This document shows positions 55,399 through 64,000 of a stretch of DNA of 64,000 nucleotides, piece after piece; the stretch's first letter is position 1; each line of letters begins with the position of its first letter. The notes under the pieces are model-generated. The model saw nothing but the letters and a program-made list of their open reading frames with translations, was not told the DNA's origin and made no database searches. The stretch is from a virus: IMG/VR virus record IMGVR_UViG_3300034166_000560, one strand, 5' to 3'. The position numbers and the translations under genes are program-made.

Positions 55399-56880
55399 TT
55401 AAAGCTTTAGTTCTACTTTATAGAGTTTATACTTAAACTTCTCTTCATTGTATATCTTTACTCGTTCCATGAAGTGCAAAAGAGTAAAGTTCTTCTTTGA
55501 TTTCCAAGACATATCATCTGCTATATCATATAAGGTAGCAGCAGTTTTCGTATCAGACTTACGTAGTCCACGGCCAATTGACTGTAGATTCCTGATGCGA
55601 GACTTACTTGGGCTAGCAAAAATAATAGAATGGAGATTCTTAATATTGACTCCGGTAGAAAAAGTACCAACACTAGCGACGATAATAGCATTAGACTCAT
55701 TTTCAACAATCCTCCTAATTTCTTCTCTTTCTTCGCCATCGACTGAACCATGAACGAAGAAAATCTTACGATCTCCTGCTTCTGAGAGAATCTTCTCATA
55801 GAGATCTTTACCATGCTTTTCAACGAATTGAAATAGTATCAGAGTATTACCTTCTAAAGATAATGCTAAGTTTTTAATAAATTTATTTCTTGCTTCGCAT
55901 CTTACAATATAATCTAGCTCTGCTTGATACTTGTTCGAACGAGCAATCATCTTTCTAATATCATCAGGATATGTTAGAACAATACCTTTAATATTAAAAT
56001 CTGCAAGATGCTTCTTCTCAATTAGCTCTGCTGTTGAGATGACTTTTCTGACTGGCCCAAAGAGCCCTTCAAGGACGAGGCGGTGGGTTTGGCTACCATC
56101 CAGTGTTCCGGTAAGTCCAAAACGATAGCGACATCCGGAGAGTTTAGCAAGTATAGAAGTAAGAGATTTTGCTTTGAAGAGATGAGCCTCGTCTCCGATG
56201 ACAACATCAAAGTTATTAAAGAATTCTTTAGGTAACTTGTATATGCTCTGCCAAGTTGTGATTGTGATTGGTCGTTTTGTGACCTTATCTTTTCCAGCGT
56301 ATACACGATGTACGTAAGTGGAAGAGTCGAAACCATAATCAGCAAAATCAGAGGAAAGCTGACTAACAAGAGAAGTAGTTGGTACAATAATGAGAGTTCT
56401 TTTCGCATAATACCTCACAAGCAAATAAATGATAAACGATTTACCAGAAGCAGTTGGTGATAGTAATAGTGATCTACGTTCTCTTACTGCATGCACGAAT
56501 GCATCTAACTGATAATCTCTTGGTTGAAATGTTGGTTTTAGTCTTTGGATAAATTCTTTTGCTTCTTTGATAGAAAATTCTTCTGTAGAAAAATCAGAAA
56601 GATATTCTATTTGATATTCTCTTTTGTGACAGAATTCTTCGATGTAAGAAAGCAAACCATGATAGATAAGTCCAGTCATAGTGTTGAGCAAACGAATCTT
56701 ACCGTCCCAAACTTTAGCTCTAAACTTTGGAGTGAACTGCGCTCCTGGAACAGAGAAGGTGAAGAAGTCACTCATCTCCATCATAATACTAGGTTCGCAT
56801 TTAACCTTGATGTAAGTCTCGTCGCATTTCTCGACCTGGATAATATCTACCATTATGCTCCCATAGTGAACTTCTGCCAA
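55399..56880 (-). CDS. uvsW: DNA helicase UvsW
   Basis: PRDYQ, SPTASGKS, DEAH, GLTGT, QSIGRGLR. Confidence 0.95.
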   Translation of the reverse strand: MAEVHYGSIMVDIIQVEKCDETYIKVKCEPSIMMEMSDFFTFSVPGAQFTPKFRAKVWDGKIRLLNTMTGLIYHGLLSYIEEFCHKREYQIEYLSDFSTEEFSIKEAKEFIQRLKPTFQPRDYQLDAFVHAVRERRSLLLSPTASGKSFIIYLLVRYYAKRTLIIVPTTSLVSQLSSDFADYGFDSSTYVHRVYAGKDKVTKRPITITTWQSIYKLPKEFFNNFDVVIGDEAHLFKAKSLTSILAKLSGCRYRFGLTGTLDGSQTHRLVLEGLFGPVRKVISTAELIEKKHLADFNIKGIVLTYPDDIRKMIARSNKYQAELDYIVRCEARNKFIKNLALSLEGNTLILFQFVEKHGKDLYEKILSEAGDRKIFFVHGSVDGEEREEIRRIVENESNAIIVASVGTFSTGVNIKNLHSIIFASPSKSRIRNLQSIGRGLRKSDTKTAATLYDIADDMSWKSKKNFTLLHFMERVKIYNEEKFKYKLYKVELKL

Positions 56881-57287
56881 TCAATTGCATTACGAATGAT
56901 ATAATTTCTATTCATAACAAGTTTAATGATTGATTCAAGTAGTTCTATTTTTTCTTGCTGTAATCCAACTTTCAAGGTAATGTTAATGATATCATCATCA
57001 GCATCAAGATACATAGGAATATCGCCTTTAAGGACCATTCCTCTTGCTGGTAATCTCCAGCCTTTATCTTTTGTCTCTTCGTTTGGACCTTGCGTTAAAA
57101 ATTCGTATTTGTCTAGCTTGAGTTGTTTTAACTCTGCTTCGTATTTGCGAAGAGTTAATCTTTCTTTAACTAGAATTTGAAAATATTTATGGTGGAGTTT
57201 AGGGGTGTCTAAAGAAGCATCCCCTAGCTCGGTCTTATCGACCTGAGTGTCTTTTTCCCACTGCTCAAAAATTTCATCAATCTTCAT
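56853..57287 (-). CDS. uvsY: Recombination mediator UvsY
   Basis: W.KD..D...PKLH.KY...R.Y.I.NAIDW.KF..G. Confidence 0.9.
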   Translation of the reverse strand: MKIDEIFEQWEKDTQVDKTELGDASLDTPKLHHKYFQILVKERLTLRKYEAELKQLKLDKYEFLTQGPNEETKDKGWRLPARGMVLKGDIPMYLDADDDIINITLKVGLQQEKIELLESIIKLVMNRNYIIRNAIDWQKFTMGA

Positions 57288-57351
57288 ATTATCGCCTTTG
57301 ACTTTTAAACTGTCAATAGTATACTATAATTCTGGAAAAAAGTAAAGATCT

Positions 57352-57873
57352 TTATACGTTATTAATGTCGTAATAAGTATATTTAAATGTAGCAGACGCT
57401 TCGATATAATTAACATCGTCGTCCGTTGTATTGAAAACTGCACCAGTCAAACTTGTTGGATGTGCATCTGTGAATACGATTTCATAATTAGCCATTTTTG
57501 TAGAAGAAAGAACCATAAGAGAAATATCCGAAGTTTCGCCATCTCCTGTATAAGAAGGGTTTTCTCTGATAGCCTTTCTTTCAACAAAATCTTTAGGCTT
57601 ACCAAGAGCCTTCATCCAATTATGAAGCTCTAGATAATTTTGTAGATCTTCGTCGACCTTAAAAGTAATATTAAGTAAACCGTAATCTAAGTGATCCCCA
57701 ATTTGCGGTATAACGACCATTGGGTTTGATGTGATAACAGGCTTTAAACTTAGGTCTGGTATATTAACTTTCTGAATAAAGAAGTTGACATGCGGTGCTT
57801 TCTTAATCGTGAACTTGAAATTCAGAGGACTTAGAAAGTTTTTATTAGATGGTGTGTTATCTATCGCTGTCAT
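57352..57873 (-). CDS. 3: Tail tube terminator (gp3-like)
   Basis: NFLSP..F.F, NIP, L.ITF.VDEDL.NY, A.ATF.Y; late promoter at 57890-57897. Confidence 0.8.
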   Translation of the reverse strand: MTAIDNTPSNKNFLSPLNFKFTIKKAPHVNFFIQKVNIPDLSLKPVITSNPMVVIPQIGDHLDYGLLNITFKVDEDLQNYLELHNWMKALGKPKDFVERKAIRENPSYTGDGETSDISLMVLSSTKMANYEIVFTDAHPTSLTGAVFNTTDDDVNYIEASATFKYTYYDINNV

Positions 57874-57907
57874 TTTAACTCCTTTCTACTATTTATATGA
57901 GGATATA

Positions 57908-58519
57908 ATGGACTTTAATCATCTAAAAACTGACAAATTTTCTTTCGTCCTATATGAAAATATTTACGACGATGAAGAACTACAAACCATATACAAAGAA
58001 TGCATATTCTTATGCGATGAAAAGAAATTAGAATTGACTGCTAATTCTGGCGCTGCACGAGATAAAGAGGGTAATCTTTTAAAAACTAACAAAGGATTAT
58101 TCTTGGAAGATATCTACTCTGAACCTATGAAGTTTTCAAATTACCTGAGGTTATCAAGTAAACAATTCGAGTATCTTCCTTTTTCTGAATTAAACGAAAA
58201 GGATAACAATTTTGAATTCTTTTCGAAGAACTTTTATAATACTAGGACTCTGTTTAGCTACTATCAAGATAATGATTATTACTTAACACACAGAGACGCT
58301 AGTGAATTTACTTTTATATTTTGGCTGTTCAAAGAACCAAAACAATTTACTGGAGGAGATTTGATTCTGAACGATATTGATTATCGGGTAGAAATTAAAA
58401 ATAATTCAGGGATATTATTTCCGTCAAAGGCTATGCATACAGTAGAGCCAGTAATTATGAAAGACAAAACACCATTCAATAGGATGGGAAGATTTTCTTA
58501 TTCAACCTTTATATACTAA
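57908..58519 (+). CDS. 2OG-Fe(II) oxygenase
   Basis: YLTHRD, FTGGDL, FPS...H.V.PV, R; opposite orientation to neighbours. Confidence 0.85.
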   Translation: MDFNHLKTDKFSFVLYENIYDDEELQTIYKECIFLCDEKKLELTANSGAARDKEGNLLKTNKGLFLEDIYSEPMKFSNYLRLSSKQFEYLPFSELNEKDNNFEFFSKNFYNTRTLFSYYQDNDYYLTHRDASEFTFIFWLFKEPKQFTGGDLILNDIDYRVEIKNNSGILFPSKAMHTVEPVIMKDKTPFNRMGRFSYSTFIY

Positions 58520-58542
58520 AAAGGGGGAGCCGAAGCTCCCCC
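58518..58542 (-). terminator. UUCG-tetraloop terminator after gene 23
   Basis: GGGGGAGC-TTCG-GCTCCCCC-TTTTT. Confidence 0.88.
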
Positions 58543-58573
58543 TAAGTTTTTCGCCACCTTGCTTATGTGGTTC

Positions 58574-59962
58574 TTACATAAGGTTGTTAACGATAAGACG
58601 ACGGTAGTACTTGTTAGTGCTGATAGCACGACGTCCAAGACCCTGGTTAGTACCTTCGGCGAATGGGTTTGCAACCATGCCGTAACGAGTCTTAAAGCCG
58701 ATCTTTGGCTGGAATGATGACTGGTCAACAGCACGTACCATCTGTAGTGGAACGTATGGGCAGTAGAATAGACCAGCGTCGAATGCTGATGAACCCTTAT
58801 AGCCGACTGTTAGGTAGTTACCACCTAGAGCGTATGGATCGATATAAACCTTTAGACGTCCGTTTAGGATACCAGCGAAGGTATTACCTGTATCGTCAAC
58901 CTGTAGGTTGTTTGAGTTAAGGGCAGGAGTGTAGTCTAGAACACCAGCCATCTGTAGAGCAGAAGCAACGTCTGAAGAACAGATAACGATGTTACCCTTA
59001 CCACGACGAGTCTGCTTGGCGATAGCATTGGCTTCACGTTCTAGCTGGAACATAAGACCCTTGAACTTCTCAACTGACCAACGACCGTTTGAATCAGTAT
59101 CAAGATCGAAGATACCTGGAGTAGTTGTGTTTTCCTGAGCGCCAGCTTCAGCAGTGATGTTGATAGTACGAACAACTTCACGGTTGATTTCGGCTAGGAT
59201 TTCAGCTGATAGAATGTTTGCTAGTTCTGTTTCAGCGTCTAGACCATGGATAGCCTTAAGATCCTGAGCTAGTTCCATAGTGTACTCTGCCTTTAGAGCA
59301 CGAGTGTTAGCTGATACAGTAACCTTCTCGATTGAGAAAGCCATTTCTGGGAATGCAGTATTGGCATCAGTTCCTAGGGCTTCAGCCTGGAATGTTGACA
59401 TACCGTAACCAGTGTTATAAGTGTTAACAGCTGTTAGTGGTGAAGTGTTAGTAGCACCTGGGATGGTACCAACATGCTTCTGACCAAGAGTGTTAGCTCC
59501 TGAAGTAACAGATGAGAACTGAGTGTTAACTTCGTTGTAGAATGTTTCTGCGCCGGAGTTGTTGAATGACTGGACTGAAGAGTTTCCGCCAGTAGCATAA
59601 CGTGAACGCATTGCGAAGATAAGTCCAGTTGGACCAGTCATTGGCTGAACGCCGCAGATATCGTAAGCAATTAGGTTAGGCATTGCACGACGAACTAGAG
59701 AAATTAGGACAGGATCGAAAGTATCGATACCACCAGTTCCCTGAGTTGAAGATGAAGCGCCCATTAGGTTGTTATGAACGAATGAATCAGTTTCAGTTAG
59801 AGTCTGATACTGACCATGTGAAGCTGACTCACGAAGAGCCTTCTCTGTGTTCTCGAGCATAACTGCAGTTACTGAACGGCGGTGCTGGTCCTTAATGGTA
59901 CCAAGAGCGTCGTGGTCAAGAACTGGTGCCCACTTGTTTTGAATTTCCTCAGCTAGATACAT
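58574..59962 (-). CDS. 23: Major capsid protein
   Basis: DPVLISLVRRAMPNLIAYDICGVQPMTGPTGLIFAMR, ELAQDLKAIHGLDAE, FQPKIGFKTRYG; late promoter at 59996-60003. Confidence 0.98.
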   Translation of the reverse strand: MYLAEEIQNKWAPVLDHDALGTIKDQHRRSVTAVMLENTEKALRESASHGQYQTLTETDSFVHNNLMGASSSTQGTGGIDTFDPVLISLVRRAMPNLIAYDICGVQPMTGPTGLIFAMRSRYATGGNSSVQSFNNSGAETFYNEVNTQFSSVTSGANTLGQKHVGTIPGATNTSPLTAVNTYNTGYGMSTFQAEALGTDANTAFPEMAFSIEKVTVSANTRALKAEYTMELAQDLKAIHGLDAETELANILSAEILAEINREVVRTINITAEAGAQENTTTPGIFDLDTDSNGRWSVEKFKGLMFQLEREANAIAKQTRRGKGNIVICSSDVASALQMAGVLDYTPALNSNNLQVDDTGNTFAGILNGRLKVYIDPYALGGNYLTVGYKGSSAFDAGLFYCPYVPLQMVRAVDQSSFQPKIGFKTRYGMVANPFAEGTNQGLGRRAISTNKYYRRLIVNNLM

Positions 59963-60008
59963 TTGTTTTCCTTTCTAAGAAATAAATATCTTTTCTATTT
60001 ATAATATA

Positions 60009-61151
60009 TTACTTTTTAACTGTTCTTGCGAGAGCCTGAACGTAACGGCTGACCGAAGGATCAACGTTAACAACAGATTCATTAATCTCGCCTTCAAAAG
60101 TTTCTTCTTCAATGTTTGAAGAACTTACAGTAGCGTCATTCTTGAAGTAGTTCTCCTTAACGATCATTAGCTTCTTTTCGAAAACTTCTAGATCGCCGTC
60201 GAACTCAATTCCCTCTGCTAGAGCAGCGAACTTTTCTCTCTGAGTCAGTGCAAGATCAGAAGAAATGTTCTCAAAGATTTCATTTGCAGATGAAACTAGC
60301 AAATTATTCTTTAGCTCAACATTTTCAGAAATTATTTCATTCATCTTTTCTTCGAGAGCAGCAACCTTCTCGGCCATTGCCTCTAGAACGTCAACCTTAT
60401 TCTCTGGAACATTGATGTAATGCTCAGCGAATAGGCTCTTCAATCCATCAACGAATTCTTCTGCGAGTTCGTTGCGTAGAGTTGATTCAATAGCTACTTC
60501 ATTTTCCTTCATCCAGTTTTCAACACAATAATCAAGATATGTGTCGAGCTTTGAAGTTACTTCTTCATTGAAGTTAGCGATTTCTTCCTGTAGCTTAGTT
60601 TCGAATTCTTCTTCAAGACGAGTAGTCTCAAGAATAGTTCTTGCTGAAACTGCAGCTTCGAATAGTGTAGAAATGTTTTCTTTAAATTCTTCGGAAAGAT
60701 CCTGGCCATTGAACATTTCTTCAATGTCTTCCTTGACGTTTAGCTTTGGCATAGCATCACGAGTCTTTGGACCTGAACCAGTAGTCATGTCAATTGATGA
60801 CTGATTCTGTGCTGACTTATCGCCAACACCATGATCCTTACCTGGACCAAACTGAGCCTGAACCTGATTGAAGAAATTGATTAGGTCAGAATTACCCATA
60901 CCAGCCATGACATTCATAACGCCAGTCATTGCCTTTAGCTTTGGCATAGCTTCTGAACCACGAGCCTTTGGATGAAGTGAAGATGCAGCGAGTGTTTCCT
61001 CGTCCATCTTTTCTTTCTTGTCTTTCTTGTCCTTCTTTTCAGACTTAGAAGACTCTTCTTCCTCTTCTTCTTCCTCTTCGTGCTTTGCCTCGGATACAGC
61101 AGTATCCTCTAGGTTAGCAACATCTTCAAGATCGAATTCTTGGTTATCCAT
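60009..61151 (-). CDS. 22: Prohead scaffold protein
   Basis: LSEEFK...LFEAAV, YLDY.VE.WM.EN..AIE; late promoter at 61184-61191. Confidence 0.92.
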   Translation of the reverse strand: MDNQEFDLEDVANLEDTAVSEAKHEEEEEEEEESSKSEKKDKKDKKEKMDEETLAASSLHPKARGSEAMPKLKAMTGVMNVMAGMGNSDLINFFNQVQAQFGPGKDHGVGDKSAQNQSSIDMTTGSGPKTRDAMPKLNVKEDIEEMFNGQDLSEEFKENISTLFEAAVSARTILETTRLEEEFETKLQEEIANFNEEVTSKLDTYLDYCVENWMKENEVAIESTLRNELAEEFVDGLKSLFAEHYINVPENKVDVLEAMAEKVAALEEKMNEIISENVELKNNLLVSSANEIFENISSDLALTQREKFAALAEGIEFDGDLEVFEKKLMIVKENYFKNDATVSSSNIEEETFEGEINESVVNVDPSVSRYVQALARTVKK

Positions 61152-61186
61152 TGAAATAGTCTCCTATTAGTGAAATTTACATATAT

Positions 61187-61855
61187 TTATAAAAATTTAG
61201 ATTTTGCTAAAGAAGTAAGATATGCTTCAAATATAGCAAGTTTCTTTTCTTCTAACTGCGCTTTTGAAATCTTATGAACAGTCTTTTTAATTTCATGAAG
61301 TTTTTCTTCATGCCATGTGTTCTTGACTGGATCGTAAATCCACTCAACGTTTTCCATAATACCATTTACGAAGCAACCAGGACCACTAGGGTCAGAAACA
61401 ATATCAACTGTTGAAAGTTTGAAATCGGATTGAACAACCATTACACCTTTTTCTTCTTTCAAAGAACCCATACCACGTGTAGAAACACCAAGCTGTCCAC
61501 CTGATTCAAGGAGACCTCTAGCAATTTCACCCATTGGAGTTGATGTAATTTTGGCTTTACCGTTTACGTAGTTACCATCCCATGATAGTTCTGTAATGAT
61601 ATGTGAAACACGGTCTAGGTTAATTGTTGGTCCTGAAGGATGATTCAATTCGCCGAAAGCTCTTTTGGCCTGAACAACTTCTCTGAGATATCTAGAAACT
61701 TCATTTTCTAGAATATCCTTTTTATACATTCTACCATTCTTATTCTTTTCTTCAGCGGTCATGAAACGACCAGTAATATAATGGCTTCTTTTACCGTCTT
61801 CAGATCTCTCAGTAATATATTGAGTATCTTCGTTTAATTCGGCGATGAGTTTCAT
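61187..61855 (-). CDS. 21: Prohead protease
   Basis: NKNGRMY, GELNHP, LGVSTRGMGS, D.VSDPS. Confidence 0.95.
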   Translation of the reverse strand: MKLIAELNEDTQYITERSEDGKRSHYITGRFMTAEEKNKNGRMYKKDILENEVSRYLREVVQAKRAFGELNHPSGPTINLDRVSHIITELSWDGNYVNGKAKITSTPMGEIARGLLESGGQLGVSTRGMGSLKEEKGVMVVQSDFKLSTVDIVSDPSGPGCFVNGIMENVEWIYDPVKNTWHEEKLHEIKKTVHKISKAQLEEKKLAIFEAYLTSLAKSKFL

Positions 61856-61858
61856 CTC

Positions 61859-62104
61859 TTATCCTCTGTATGCTACTGGAGTTGCTAATAAACCAGTACC
61901 TTGAAGTGTATCTGTTAATGATTTAACAACATAAATTGGAGCTGTATTTGTAACCGTTGTGTTAGCATATACAACACCATTAGCATATGCAATATTAAGA
62001 ACAGCAGCAGTAGTTGGGTTTACAACTCTACAAAGATTTGCAGTGTTGCCAAAATTGTTTGCTGTAGTAATTGCTCTTTCGGCGCCAAGTAATTTAATAA
62101 ACAT
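61859..62104 (-). CDS. Small structural hypothetical protein
   Basis: Position in head operon. Confidence 0.55.
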   Translation of the reverse strand: MFIKLLGAERAITTANNFGNTANLCRVVNPTTAAVLNIAYANGVVYANTTVTNTAPIYVVKSLTDTLQGTGLLATPVAYRG

Positions 62105-62886
62105 TATAGAGTCCCCACATCTAATCTACCAGTTGTCCATCCAGAGGCTCCTGGTCCAGTATAATCTGTATTTGTTGCAGAACCTGATTCTGACTGACCA
62201 TGCATTTTCCACGCTTTGGCATAAAGAACCTGAGTGCCTTTTTCTTTACCATATTCTTTTACGAAACGCTCTTTGTTGGCCTTAACCCATGCTTCAATCT
62301 TTGGATTTGGCGGAGCGACTTCGCTGATAACTTCTTCTTTAACAGTTGCTTTTTTGTCTAGTAAAACTTTCTGACCAAACTTTGGAATGTCTTTTGGTTC
62401 AATACCTGGAGGGCATTTTTCTGTGCCATGCATTTCGCACATAACGCCAAGACCAGTATGATTGCACTTAGAGGTTGCTTCTCTTAACTTTTTACCCTTG
62501 GCAGCAGCTGCCTGAAACTTTTCTTTGCCGTATTTCTTACGCCCAATAGCAGCAGCAACGGCTCCTGGATCTCTAACGTCGCCTTTGGCAGCGATAGATG
62601 CTTTGAGCTTCTTAAAACCCAAATATTTTTCGTCAAGCTCCTCTTCGGCTTCTTCGTAAACCTTAGCGTCTTGCTTGTCGTATTTGGCAACTTTTATGTT
62701 ACTACCTTTGAACACTTCGTCGCCATTGCCAGCAGGATCTTCTTTTCTGCTAATTTTATGTTTCTTTGCAAACTCAATTTCACCCTTGTTACCTTCAGGT
62801 GACATGGCGAGATTTGTTAGATCGTTTGGTACTTCTTTACTAGCATTTACACCATGCTTTGTAATATCTCTAAGCGGCTTCGCCAT
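62104..62886 (-). CDS. Basic internal head/core protein
   Basis: Between portal and gene 21; K/E-rich with L/V/I-x-E sites. Confidence 0.55.
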   Translation of the reverse strand: MAKPLRDITKHGVNASKEVPNDLTNLAMSPEGNKGEIEFAKKHKISRKEDPAGNGDEVFKGSNIKVAKYDKQDAKVYEEAEEELDEKYLGFKKLKASIAAKGDVRDPGAVAAAIGRKKYGKEKFQAAAAKGKKLREATSKCNHTGLGVMCEMHGTEKCPPGIEPKDIPKFGQKVLLDKKATVKEEVISEVAPPNPKIEAWVKANKERFVKEYGKEKGTQVLYAKAWKMHGQSESGSATNTDYTGPGASGWTTGRLDVGTL

Positions 62887-63121
62887 TTTCTTCTTCCTCT
62901 GAGTTGTCTACGTCCATATCAGCAGCGCCAAACTCATCATCATTTTCAGCTTCTGGTTCATAATTATAAAGCTGCTGAGCGACTTCGATTTTTTTATTTT
63001 CTACTGCAGTTCTAATTCTATCAGTAACAATATCAGCAAACGCTGTTTCGAACTCTAATGGTTTCTGAAGAACAGCTGCAGAAATTAAATCATTTATTCC
63101 ATATTTATTATCTTCTGACAT
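62870..63121 (-). CDS. Prohead core protein (gp67-like)
   Basis: Small acidic ORF immediately after portal. Confidence 0.55.
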   Translation of the reverse strand: MSEDNKYGINDLISAAVLQKPLEFETAFADIVTDRIRTAVENKKIEVAQQLYNYEPEAENDDEFGAADMDVDNSEEEENGEAA

Positions 63122-63132
63122 TACATCTCACC

Positions 63133-64000
63133 TTACTGTTGTTGTTGCGGCGCACCACCAGCTAGCGCCTTTGTAGTTAAACCTGGATTCTTGGCGATAA
63201 CTTGAACAGCCGCTTTATATTTGGCTTCATCAGCCATAGTTCTATTGCCCTTTGGCATTTTCTTCATCTGATCGACGATAATTTCAGCCTGACGAACTTG
63301 TTCAATTCTTTGCTGAGTTTCTGGGTCTGGTCCACCCATTTGTCCTTCAACTCCAGGCTGCAATCCTTGCTGTCCTTGTTGTTCCATCATATCAGTTTGC
63401 ATTGCCATTTGTTCGTTGCTGAGAATAGTTGGATTAATCCATCTAGATTCACCAGAATTCTGTTCCTTACCAATCTGACCGTCTTGTTCTTTCATATCAG
63501 TATCAGTCTGCTTAAGAACATTCTTACGAATCCACTGATGTGAATAATACTGACCAGCGATTGGTTGCATTGAAGCAGCAAGCTGAATTCTACCATTAAG
63601 CATTTCAGCGTCTTTAAGCTCGCCAAAATAATTATCTGATGAGAAGTCAAAACGGATATTTGCTGCTAGCATTTTCCAATCATCAACCGTTGTTACACCC
63701 TTAAGAACTAACTGCTTTTCAAGTAGCTTTAGGAACAACTGTGAGAATCTGTTTCTTAGACGAACAACAAACTTCTCGAATTTAAGTTCGTCTCTTGTAA
63801 TTTCTGTTGCTCTACCGATAGAGAACAAAGCATCTGAATTAAGTCTTGACACCGGAACATTAAGCGCCTGTAAAAACTTCTTTTGGAAGTATAGGACGTC
63901 GTCCATTTGTCCCAGTGTCTGGCCACCTGGTAGGGTAGTAACCTCCGTACCTCTACCACCTTCACGGCGTGGTAGCCAATAGTCTTCAAGCATCGTCATG
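63133..64000 (-). CDS. 20: Portal protein, 5'-truncated
   Basis: MLEDYWLPRREGGRGTEVTTLPGGQ, EITRDELKF. Confidence 0.97.
   Translation of the reverse strand, partial: MTMLEDYWLPRREGGRGTEVTTLPGGQTLGQMDDVLYFQKKFLQALNVPVSRLNSDALFSIGRATEITRDELKFEKFVVRLRNRFSQLFLKLLEKQLVLKGVTTVDDWKMLAANIRFDFSSDNYFGELKDAEMLNGRIQLAASMQPIAGQYYSHQWIRKNVLKQTDTDMKEQDGQIGKEQNSGESRWINPTILSNEQMAMQTDMMEQQGQQGLQPGVEGQMGGPDPETQQRIEQVRQAEIIVDQMKKMPKGNRTMADEAKYKAAVQVIAKNPGLTTKALAGGAPQQQQ

Noticed and set aside
61000-61085. Low-complexity E/K/D repeat in gene 22
   Set aside because: Coding acidic/basic tract typical of scaffold N-termini, not a separate element.

Overview
A 64 kb segment of a large T4-like myophage genome, with a probable alphaproteobacterial host. 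The + strand arm (1-28.1 kb) carries virion/internal head proteins, primase, thyX, class II nrdJ, ClpP, an NDP-heptose/glycosyl/methyl-transfer cluster, rnh, a phoH-plcP-agt-like block and an exonuclease. The - strand arm (28.1-64 kb) carries the T4 core head genes (20, 21, 22, 23), gp3, uvsY/uvsW, 55, 47/46, def, a thymine-hypermodification cluster (TET/JBP, amidotransferase, GNAT, aGPT-Pplase2, kinase), 45/44/62/regA and a cluster of 27 tRNA/tRNA-like genes. One more tRNA lies on the + strand. The most striking unexplained feature is at 30488-31242, between the tRNA cluster and a TROVE/Ro60-like (DUF2828-type) vWA gene. It is a tandem array of seven small RNA units. Each has a covarying 7-8 bp closing stem, a conserved NU(U/A)C(A/C)GCA(A/U) motif and a GU(U) tail. 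The cargo differs per unit and is mostly tRNA-derived: isolated anticodon stem-loops (Ile-GAU, Thr-UGU, Ser-UGA), two differently circularly permuted tRNA bodies (one a complete Val-UAC), and a 200-nt multi-hairpin domain. This looks like a phage Ro-like protein plus a modular library of Y-RNA-like tRNA mimics. All calls come from motif reading and hand folding; no searches were run.
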